64,000 nt of DNA from contig JAKMXF010000044.1 of the NCBI GenBank assembly GCA_024704765.1, positions 186,001 through 250,000 of the forward strand, read 5' to 3'. The notes beneath the pieces are model-generated. The model was not told the DNA's origin. It worked only from the letters and a program-made list of their open reading frames with translations, and made no database searches. This document shows positions 26,811-37,929 of the stretch, piece after piece. The translations under genes and the position numbers were made by a program. Position 1 is the first letter of the stretch. Each line of letters begins with the position of its first letter. This DNA comes from Oopsacas minuta. Taxonomy: Eukaryota > Animalia > Porifera.

Positions 26811-28564
26811 TGAAAAAAACTATCGTAAGCAAGAGATAAGCTAGAGAATTATCAAAAGAAATCAAAGATAACATCAAAGAATAGAAAACATATAATCTAA
26901 GCAAGAGGGGACGTTTCTATATCCGGAATTGATTGAAGAAATTGAAATACCACTGGAGCTGATTGTTCGCATACAGAGGTATTTTGGGCCTGGCTCGGAC
27001 AAGTTCGAGTCTTGGAAGAAAATTCACACCTATGACGAAATTATCACTTCATTGTGACCTTCTGGATTTACGAAAAATTAGAAGTTCCAAATTTGAATCA
27101 CAGGTACCCCTGAATGTGACAAATATCCTGTCATTAAATGGAATTTGGATGGGACATGGATAGTAATAAATTAAATGTCCACAAAAAATTAAGCCCTGGC
27201 AAATAGTGCAGAGTATATCCCGTCGCGTTGCGACCAAAATCATTAAGAAATGTAGCTGCTTAATACTTAATCTAACCTTAGGCCCCTAGCTCCTATACTA
27301 CTGCGAATATGACTATTATAATAAAGAATTCTAGTTTAGGTGAGAATTACTGTAATTCTATAAGTACACCGATTATCCGAAACTCTTGGTATATACTTTC
27401 AATTTTAGGGTTCGGATAACTTCAGATAACCAAATTCACAGCACAGGGATATCTTAAAATGAGGATCTATAATTTGGAATATTATACTGCATATTTATCG
27501 CATTAAGTGACTAAAATGATCACATTTTCCGAAAACTACTGTTTTTCGGAAGTGTACTAGAGTAGAATACAGCTATCTTTTAGAAGAATTTTGAACAATA
27601 TTAACAAATTGAATGTTCTTCCTGCTGCTCGTAAAACCGAGGTGTCGGATAATCGATGGCCTGCTTTACTGTAATCACTAGAAACTTCAAATGCTAACCA
27701 GGGTAAATCGTTATCTAAAACTTTTGCCTTAGGTGCTGGCAGGGTGTTATCCAGGCTACAGCGGCATAAATTTGTGCACATATATCTCTTGGCGAATAAT
27801 TATTTCTTTCTAGATCTATAAACTCTGATATAGTAATATTAAATATATAATCTAGGCGTATTGCCTTGAGAACCTGGATGAAACCAAATTTTCAAATTTT
27901 ATTTCACATTGATGATCATTAAACTAGCGCCACTATATGTGACTATAAAAAAGACATGTTCCAGATTTGTGAAAATATTTCTTACAGATGAACTAACTAA
28001 TAGAACACTCAAAAAAATGCAATTTATGCAATATTGACCAATTTTCATGAAAATCTGAGGTCTTTGCTAACCTATGCTCCAGTCCTCAAGACAATCTTTA
28101 GGCAAACCTTTTGCCCCACACAACTTTGAGCCCTCCACTTATTAACTCGTGTTTACGCCTAAGGTATAGCTAGGGATCCAAATGGCATGGATGATGTACA
28201 ACGCCCGTACGTACGTCCCGCGATGTGCCAAATCTAGAAGTCCGATTAACAAGAAAATTTGCTATAAATACATATTTGCACCTAGGGTATGATTTCTTTC
28301 TGAAGAGAATATTTATGACCTTTTGGCGATAATCATATTTTCAAACCTTTCTTTCGAAATTCAGAAGCATGGTAGAAATTAAGTCCAACCTATTTTCAGG
28401 GGTAATTGGGTGCATCGAGCCTGACTTTGATATTTCCAGAGGCTGAAAGTTACAAATTCGAAAATTTAGCATATGGTTAATAATATTTTTACAAATTTTG
28501 CATAAATTCATAAACATGCAAGAGATTTCAACAGTTAGTCAGGGGCAATCGGGTATGTTGATTT

Positions 28565-28745
28565 CAGGGTTTCATCCGGCGTATGCAACGCGCCTACAGG
28601 CGCATGAATTTCAGCGAATATAGATCTAGGCACGTCAAAATTCGAGCAAGACCCCCATACCGTAATAATATATGCATACTCTAGGCGCGCGAAAGCTGAG
28701 GGGGAAATTTAAGGCGTATGTTCATAAATGCTGCATGAAACCCTG
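28565..28745. mobile_element. hAT-type MITE
   Basis: Perfect 11-bp TIR CAGGGTTTCAT / ATGAAACCCTG with flanks GTTGATTT / GTAGATTC (6 of 8 match). Confidence 0.75.
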
Positions 28746-29615
28746 GTAGATTCCAGTTTTGACATTTTAAAATTTCTATCTATAGCATTTACCATATGAG
28801 CAATCATATTCTACATCATTTGCAAATTGTTCGAATGGTGCTAGAATTTTCGGCTTAACTGCTAGTGAGTGCTAAAACGTTTGTAAATACCCATTTTCAC
28901 ATTTTCAAATCTCTCACTCAGTGATCAATCACATGATTGACCATATTTTTCATACCTTTTGTATATATTTGAAATTGATGTTGTTAGAGATTTCATTTCA
29001 CAAGTTCAACAGGGTACAATTGTGGAATAATTATTCGGAATCTTATCTATAGGATTTGAGGATAAAACATGAAATACAGTAAAGGAATAATAATATTGAA
29101 TATCCTGAAATAATTTATACAGATCCAAAAATTAGTCGGGGATGCTGCATTACTATATCTGGATGGGGGCGTGCCCCTCCTGAAAAGAACAGAAACAAAA
29201 AATGCTGAGCTCAGTGGCGTAACAAAAATAAAATTTGGGGGGTAATTGAATCTGGTACAAAAATGCTTTTTGCGTCGAGGAGAAGTGTAATCTGCATATT
29301 CCTCACTTTAGGACATGATTTCAATGTATATACCCTTCAATTTGGGGAACTGGCCAAGCCAAATTCACAAATTCATTTCTATTATTAAAACAAATAACTA
29401 ATAAGTCTGTATACGACTAGCTGAGATTAACATTCCGAATCAAATGACCATGAATACACTTTTTTGTAATGACACTGGGAGTATACAAAAATAATGTCTA
29501 TTCCAGTCTGATCTTCAAATCTAATATTCGGTATCAATAAAGGCTCATACATACATACATACTATTTCTTGACCATCTTTCGCAGAACTTTTCTATTATA
29601 AGAGGAGTTCTTGAA

Positions 29616-32582
29616 CACAGTGGCACGAAATGGTCAGAATGTGGAAATAGGCATTTTGATGGCACATAGGTCCTCAAAATGTGTTATTATTATTATATAG
29701 GTCTTCCACCCTAACGAATCGAATGGTATACTCATTTTTCTCTATCCCTTCAGGTGGCAAAATTATCACGTCATTGTCACTTATCTGAGGTGTGAAAATT
29801 CCCCAAATTTTCTATTAATCGATTGAGAGGTTTACTTTTAATCACCATTATGATCTTCATGATCACAAATAAGGGTGTTCACTAAAATGTCTTGGCTACA
29901 TCTAAGTCCTTGGCTAGATGGAGGCCTTGGAATAGAAATTTGCGATTCATTAACAGCATGGGATCACTGTGAGAAATCAATCCGACAAATACATCCTTTA
30001 AATTTTCTTCAAATGAAACTTGCGAGCAAGACGATCTCTGTATCTCCGAATATATTTGTTAGAAGCCTCTAGTCCTTCTTCAGATATGTTCTCTAGCCCA
30101 TGTCCATCATTAAACATTGAGATGATTTCCGGTGCACGTGCTAACAGTTTATGTAACGTCGGCGAAACATTAGCCCAAGGAAATGCACAGAGAATTGACT
30201 GGTAGATATTACTGCAAACAAGCGCTAGTTCTTCTGTATCCACTCTTCTGCTGCTATTATAGATGCGCAGGATTGCTCCTAGGCATGTGTGAATTTCAAT
30301 TCTGTGGGGCTTGAACTCAGACGGGGTCACTGTCAAAACCCAGTAGAGGAAATCTTGATCGTTGTCATCCTTTCTTATCAAGCATCGTCTTACCAAATTA
30401 CCAGTAGTCGTTGTGCCACCTTGTGTTGAAGGGATGTCAATGATAATATTGAGATTGTCTTTAATTAAACTTGTAATGAAAGTTTTAGCACCTGAGACTC
30501 ACCTAGAAGTTGGTGACCACTTAAATACTCCTGCGTGCAAATGGCTAATTAGATGTAAAAACCAGCCAAAACATCGGAGATATGCATGCAAAGGCGAACT
30601 GGGTATGATTTCTTAGTTAGATATTGGTCTGTGTGTAACGTTGAATCTGTTGTCAGAAGATAATGATAGAAACTCCTCTTCGTTAACTTCATCAAATAAT
30701 ACTTTGAGGTCTGTGATGGATCGATTAATTGGAAACCCTCTTTTACGATATCCGGATCATGGATTTGTTTGAATGTCGAGGTGCAGAACTGGCAACATGC
30801 ACCCCTAGCTCCACTAATAATCTTAGCCATTTGCCATCCAATTGTGAACGTTGAATTTCAACTTCACAAAATCCGCTTGTTAGTTCTAAACCCTTTCCGT
30901 TATCTCTGTGGACTCCTTATTGATTAGTGTATCCATTAGATATCGAATATTGTTTTCGTTCTCATGTAGAGCTAGTATCGCAACGGATCAAATTGAGAAA
31001 GGAGAATTTGGTAGAGGGTTTTTCCAAATCGGTTTGTTAGCGATTTCGGATATGGAAATCACCTTAAACCCGAATAAAATAAAACATTTGTTGAAATATT
31101 GGGGTGAGTCGCTTGCTGATAAACTCTGTGAGAGCCGGAACCGTTAAGTCCATCTGAAATTCGTATCTTTTTAGGATTGCTGGCGCTGGGAATTTCATTG
31201 GCAGAAGCAGTCAATATTCTGTTTACTGTATGAGTCAGAAGATTTTGTAAGATACAGCAATGCCTACCCGATGTTCTCGATCAACTGAAAAGATGTCATT
31301 AGTCAAGCAAATTTGAGATTGATGGGTAGCTAATTGATTGTAACCTGGAAGCTGGACATCTTAAATGAATTTATTTCTTCTTTCCAATTTCTAAAGAATC
31401 CATCAGGAACGCAGCTTGATCGTAGGTTAGTTTATTGCAGACTGGACCGAAGCTTCCCTTAGCAATAATTTCTTTACAGAACTTGGTAGTAGTAAAGTCG
31501 TATTCAGTCTGTGAACATAGCATCATCGGGTAACAGGATAGTTTTTTACTGGAAACATTCTCCTGTACAGCAACATTTTAAGATGTTAATAAAGAGGACA
31601 ATGGGCTGCGAAAACCTTTAGTTGATAATTCCCTCAGAGGCTTACGGGTGACCATACTAAAATCTTCGAAAACAGAGGTTGATTGGCTAGAAGAAACACT
31701 CCCAATCACCATGACTTCATCTGAGCATTGATAACCTGCACTTAATCTCGGGCGTTTAAGTGGTGTGTGAAAAGGTATTGCATTCCAAGTAGTTATATCG
31801 GCTCGTTTCAGGTATTCTCTCCTATCTTCTCTGAGGGTCGAAAATTTTCTCCGAACTGTATCATGCTCTGTTTCTTCCAAATTATTGAGGACAATAAACA
31901 AGGACGCGAGAGAAGTGATTGTTTTGTTCTTTTGTGCAGTTAAGAACATGTATGCATCTTTATTATTCATAATAAAAAATGTGCTAATAAACAACCACCA
32001 CAATTATTTATGATATATATGGGCCAAAAATTAGATAACTGTGAATGAATTACATTTAAAATCGCAAAAAACAAGTAGTTGACACTTCCTAACACCGTAA
32101 TTTAAAGTGTATTTTGTAGAGGACGAAAAGAGCTATTAGGAAAGTGTAATGGAATGTTCCACAAATGAAGGCAAAAAAAGACTAGAGTTTTAATGAAACG
32201 TGTTTCTATTTATTGCACTTGTACGAACAAGCTTGTTAAAATGAGAATAGTAAATTCCATCTGTTCATTGGAGCCAAGATTAACGTGATTTATTATTCAG
32301 CAACATAAGAGCTTTCGATTGGTATACTATAAATAGCAGTTATTTGACGTGGAGAATCCAAATTATTCAAAATTACATCATGACCGAAATTGAAACCATA
32401 AATCAATCTTTCCAATTTCAATTATGTTCTCATTGGAATAGACACAGGAGCTAAATGGAAAGTCTATTGTAGAGATGTCAAATGTTTTCCGAGGTTTGTG
32501 GGGTGCTGACTTCAAATATCAACATTATAAAGCAATTTGAGGTTCTATTTTCTCACCTATTTCCACATGCCGTGCCACTGTG
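29616..32582 (-). mobile_element. Complete Transib (RAG1-core-like) transposon, pseudogenised
   Basis: Both termini begin CACAGTGGCACG and share ATGTGGAAATAGG. Flanks are TTGAA / TGAAG. Minus-strand transposase motifs: RKPLRELS, ISDGLNGSGSH, WKNPLPNS, LDGKM..CCQFC, SPTLHKLLAR, SEEGLEASNKYIRRYRDRLARK (compare RAG1 HKTLAH and [21 protein letters not shown]). Confidence 0.9.
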
Positions 32583-33660
32583 TGAAGTTTCTTTGTTATA
32601 TCTCTTTCAAAAGATGGTAGTGATAAATTAGACAATCTTGTCATCAACATCCGCGCTCGATGAGAATTGTGGATTACATTCACAGTAGGGAACAAACGTT
32701 CAACACTTAATGTTGTGACTGGACAAACTACAAATTATTCAACAATTTTGAGATATTAAAAATATGTTAGGATGGCAAATAGTAGTCAAGTCCAGCAATT
32801 TGGCTTATTTACAAGAGAACGTTGAGAAAAGGCAATAAACATAGTTGCTGACTTTCGGGAATGTATATATTGAATCGTTGAGTCAATTCACTTTCACGGT
32901 AATTATTTCTCGTTAGTATTTATGAGTAGAATGAAAAACTCATACAATCTTCAGTAAATCTACGATCGAATAAGTTGTAATTTAAAATGTGTCAAATATC
33001 ATTCAAATCTTCAACAAGATGTAGTGTCTTCGCATATCTAAAATTTCAATCAAAGTAATCATCATACGTTGAGGAACACGTCTAGCTCTTTCTGTTCCGG
33101 AATCACAAGCTGTGATATCAAATTTGATGCACTTCATCCGTCAACTTGAAAACTTCGAAAAAATAGTCTTCACTTCTAAAGATAATTATTACGTCAAAGA
33201 ATCTACTAATATATCCAGCAACATCATCGAGTGCTAAAGAATTGCTCTGAAGAGCCTTTGTGCAGCATTCGGTTGCATCAAGTATCTTAGAGAGGGTGTT
33301 CAAATGAATATAAATTTCTTGGAAAGCAAATGATATAAAGAGATTATGCATGGATTTGTGTATATCTGTAATTGCTTCTAATTCCTCTAATGCTTCAATT
33401 ATGCTAGGGAAGAGGATAGCGATTCTTTCTACCGTTAAAGCATTTGATGACCACCTAATATCTATCGGACGAGGCAGTGGGACCAACTGCTTCCCGAAAC
33501 GATGTCTTTCCTGTGCTCGTATTAAAATATTATTTCGTTTAGGATACCTAAAAAAGTATACCAGGTTATCGGTCAAACTAGAAAACACCTTTAAATCTTC
33601 ATCTTGAATAGCAACATGCTGTATCACGAGATTTAGTCTGTGAGAAACTCTCACAGACTA
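32583..33660 (-). pseudogene. hAT transposase relic (ZMYM1/hAT-dimerisation type); its last codons continue at about 29550-29615 beyond the Transib
   Basis: SHRLNLV, DIRWSSN and QSNSL (33118-33654), then CPVTTLSVERLF...RLSNLSL..ERDITKK up to 32583. The reading resumes IEKFCERWSR on the far side of the Transib. A CAGTGGCGT hAT-like terminus lies at 29212. Confidence 0.8.
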
Positions 33661-33909
33661 AAACTATCACTGAAAGTGAGAATCGGCGTAACTAGCCTGA
33701 GTATACGTACGCCGTAATATTGCCTGTACGCCACCTCTATTCCCAAACATAACTGATGCCCCATCTAACCCCAAATTCGAAGCATTTATCAGGATCCTAT
33801 TCTAATTGTTCCAGTATCAACAAATTAAATTTGAAATACCTTCAGCAGAAAGAATTGACGGACCATCGACAAAACCAACTGCCATTTCACTGAATGTCAC
33901 TTCTATGTA

Positions 33910-34497
33910 GATAACGTACGCAAACTGCTTTGATTTCAAAGTCAATGTACGAAATGATGTAAAGATGCTTTTGTAAAACAAATTACAAGTTTGTCATGAT
34001 AAAATTGGCAAGTTTTTGAGTTACAGTAGTGACCATGGATGGTGATAATTTGTGAATATGCATTTATAAGTCGAAAACCCTCAATGATATATGAGAACTC
34101 ACTATTGCCGATTTATAGTATATATCCGGTTTCCCATACTCTTTTAGTACATGTTGATATGATATCTCCTAGGATAATTACGCAATCTTTAATATGACCA
34201 TATATGACTTTATTGAGGAATATGCAATAATCCTTGTAGATATCATATCAAAATGTATTATAAGTGCATGGGAAATTGGGTATATACTATCAATTGGCAA
34301 TAGTGAGTTTTGTTATATCATTGAGAGTTTTTCGACTTATAACTGCATATTGACAAATTATCATCATCCATGGTCACTACTGTAACTCAAAAACCAGCCA
34401 ACTTTATCATGACAATTATTTAATATGTTTACAAGAGCATCTTTATAGCATTTCGTACATTCACTTTGAAATCAAAGATGCGATATTTGACGTTATA
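33910..34497. repeat. Foldback element, best-preserved FB-A copy (about 290-bp arms)
   Basis: Continuous imperfect reverse-complement match: TTTGATTTCAAAGT.AATGTACGAAATG / CATTTCGTACATT.ACTTTGAAATCAAA; TTTTGAGTTACAGTAGTGACCATGGATG / CATCCATGGTCACTACTGTAACTCAAAA. Centre near 34205. Confidence 0.9.
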
Positions 34498-34844
34498 CAG
34501 CACATCATATATTGGACCATATTCTCCAAATAATGCTTACTAATTAACGAAATTGGCACATTTTGAGATTTTTTGCTTTATTGGTTTGGAGACATGATAT
34601 TCTACATATCTGTAATATATTTACTTAAGTATAAAAGTACTGTTTGTGCGATATGAAACCATTCTGTATACTAATATAATATTTATCGTACACTACTATA
34701 TCCCTAGTCCAAAAATTCGAGGTTGATGGCAGGCCTTATATAGAGAAGGCTATGGTAAAACCGTAGGATTCTAAACACTAAGGCGATGGTTGATCACTGA
34801 AAAATTGGACCGTGAATTGATTGAATACCTCAATATTCGAATAG

Positions 34845-35010
34845 GAAATATACCCACTTCCCATATTCTAATATACATTTGATGTGATATGTGGATAGTA
34901 TACAATCAATAATACCATATATGGTCATTTTCAAGATTACGTCTTAACTATCAGAGATGTCATATAAAATGTATCATGAGGATATGGGATGTCGTGATAT
35001 ACTATTTGTG
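34845..35010. repeat. FB-A palindromic core, further copy
   Basis: ACCCACTTCCCATA...ATTTGATGTGATAT...CCATATATGGTCATTTTCAAGATT...GATATGGGA matches the cores at about 17240-17400 and 34110-34300. Confidence 0.6.
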
Positions 35011-36114
35011 TGGCAGTTGGTTTGGCTGTAACATTGAAGGATATCAAGTTATGGATGAATGTTGGGCCAAATATGCCATCCATGATCACTACTATATGTC
35101 TGAAACTCGCTAACATTATCATGAAAAATTTTCTGATATTTCATGCGGCAGCATCGTTAGATACCATGGTATAATTTTTGAAACGATAACTTTACTAATT
35201 TACTGATTATAGCATTTTAACATTAGAGTATTTTTTTATATAATTACGAACTAAACAAGCAGATGACATCATTTTGGCCGAGAAATACTTTGTAAATAAT
35301 ATTCAATCAATCCATGGTCCAAATTCTTTAGTGACCACCATTGCTTGAGTGTATAGAAGCTATGGCAAAACTTATAAATCATTGTGAGTGGTAATATGAT
35401 TTGATAATTATTTTCAAATATATATGCATGTATTGAAAGCACCAATTACGTACTTTTGTTTAAAACACGGTTGAAAAACTTTGGTCAATATTGAAAGATA
35501 ATGTTGGAAAAATGGCAAATGTTAATAAGCTGGAAGACTTAATTCTATAAGTCAAATCTGTATGTGTTGACATAGACCCTGATATTCTAGAAAATGTAGT
35601 TTGCGGTATGCCAGCTAGGATAAAACTTGTATTAGATAGGAATTGTAGTTATAGTAGCAAATAACTGGAACAATTACTCGAAAACGGAAAACTCTACTAA
35701 CATTTTACTGACCCGTCAAGACATATGATACACCCTGTATGCGGTTCTTACAGACACCATGTTTTTTTACTCATCTTCTAATTTTAAATTCTGAAGTAAT
35801 CTAGATGATGACATAAAAGAGCCTATAAACAAGATTTATCCATAGAATTATTCCAAATTTAATCATCCCCTGGACTATGTTAGATTATATAGTGGTTCTT
35901 TTGTAGTTATCCATAGTACTATCTCCTAGTTTATCGTTGGATAATTAGCTATATTGTTCTACCTTTTCCAAACCCATTTATTATTATAGTAATGTATAAT
36001 CAAAATGTGACTCAAGTTTACATTATTCTTTAATACAATTCTTCTTATCCATTGTTCGAAATACTGTTAATATATTTTCTCAAATTATGGATATATTTTA
36101 TAACAACATCAGTA

Positions 36115-36648
36115 CAGGCAGCCCTCGCCGTTTGCATGGTTACTTTCCTGAGAATTATCGCGAATGGAAAAATCGCGAACGGCCAGACGTTAGTCCAATG
36201 GGAATAGTGGGGTTAAGCTTCAAAAGACAAACAATAAGTGGTAATAAATATGATCAGAATGTATAACTAGGAAATTATTACGAGTTGTAAAAAGCTAATT
36301 GTATTCACTGAGTGAAAAGTATTACTTATGAGGGCATAAGAAAGTAAAACTTGTGTATTTTGCATAAGAAAAGTTTCTGTTTCACTTGATTAATATTCAA
36401 CAAAAACACTAGACATGTTGAAATAGAGAATGCATGCAGGCTATTTATCGAGAAAAATACACTTTCCCCATAGTAGTGAATACAAAAGATTAAAATATAT
36501 AAATTTTCTACCAAACTGACATAACTTGTAACAAAAACAGTGAAAAATCGAGGGAATACATCATGAAAGCTGAAACGAAACACAAAAATATTTTCAGCGA
36601 ATAATCGCAACAGCGAACGGCAAACTCGCGAATGGCGAGGGCTGCCTG
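36115..36648. mobile_element. Tc1/pogo-type MITE (534 bp)
   Basis: Perfect 15-bp TIR CAGGCAGCCCTCGCC with TA flanks. A related partial copy ends at 59851. Confidence 0.9.
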
Positions 36649-36652
36649 TATA

Positions 36653-37568
36653 CAGGCCCGGTCCCTGAGTCGGGTTCTAAATCCGCCGCTCTAGGCAAAT
36701 TTGAAGCCGTGCCGCCCCCAAATTTCGAATACATGTCATAAAAATATTAAATGAAGTGTAGGTAGTAGAGTTTTAACAATAACCTAAGTATCAAAATCCA
36801 ATTTTCTAGCATTAGTTTTAGCAAATTCAGTCACTAGTTTCTTAAGATCTGGCTTTTGCGCTATTTCATGTTCAACAGATATTGTTTACAAGCCCACAAG
36901 TCCTTCCTGTATCACTGAAGAACGAATATATGTTTTTATCAGTTTCAGATTCAAAAAACTTCTCTCACCACTTGCACAGAAACTGAGAGTGTTAACAGGA
37001 TACGTAGAGCGATAAATGTATTTGGAAAATTTACAACAAAAGAGGTCAGGTTGGAACCAGGCCTTATTTGGGCGGGCCGCGCACCCAGGGGTGAGTGATA
37101 TTCGGGAAATATTTATGAGGAAGCGGGAAAATGACCATATCAGGTGCTAGCTCCATGTTCATAATCCATTAGGTTGGACGAAATTTCAACTATTCATACT
37201 TAGGATGTGGGATTCCTAACTTTAGGTGAAGTCCTGATTGGTAACTGATAAACTGGGGAAGTTATGGCCTTGCTAAATTCTTAAAACAAACAAAACATTG
37301 AGTACTCGGAATTTACGAGGAAAAACTATTTAAGAATTGGGCAATTTAGTTTACGGATTATGAAATCAAATTGGGTGAAAATAAGCCTAATTGATGTGTG
37401 TTTTGGGTTATGGACGTGGGATAATCAGAGGATGAGCATTTTCAATTGACATAAGCAAGTGATCGTTGTGTGTACTTCAATTGTTAACTCAGATTACAAA
37501 CATGCTGCCCACTAAATTGTGCCTCCCTAGGCGACTGCCTAGTTCGTCTAGTGGAAGGACCAGCCCTG
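36653..37568. mobile_element. Non-autonomous hAT element inserted at the very end of the preceding MITE
   Basis: TIRs CAGGCCCGGTCC / GGACCAGCCCTG with TSD CCTGTATA / CGTGTATA (7 of 8). The left TSD copy is the terminus of the 36115-36648 MITE. Confidence 0.75.
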
Positions 37569-37929
37569 CGTGTATATATTATAGTAAAAGTCGATTGTAC
37601 ATGTTCACAATGGCCCAGCTGCAAGCTCACTGGGTCGGGTGTACTTGTATCAGTATGTTAATATTCATTTACAACTCGTTAATCATCACAATTATTATCT
37701 AATCAAGATAGCCTAAATATTGTACATGCCTACTTCCCATACTAAGCTAACAGGAGTGTCAGAGGGAATACTTTTCCTCCGAGAATCCTGTTCCCTCCAA
37801 CAATATTCCCTATGGATTCTTTTTATTCCAAGTTTCCCCTTTGTGAATTAAGTACGTTTTTGGAAGTTGGAGCTTTTTTTTTCAAATGAAAGTGATCAAA
37901 CGTTACGATTTTTCTAGGGTAATGAGTTT

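Noticed and set aside
25494-26813. ORFs overlapping eIF4G (25494-25844 +, 25565-25855 -, 26568-26813 +)
   Set aside because: Alternative-frame or antisense shadows of a real CDS, with no domain signature.
29623-29660. RSS nonamer (ACAAAAACC) at 12 or 23 bp from the Transib heptamer; RAG2-like partner gene
   Set aside because: The sequences at those offsets are CAGAATGTG and AATAGGCAT. The 2967-bp element has no room or motif for a kelch-type RAG2.
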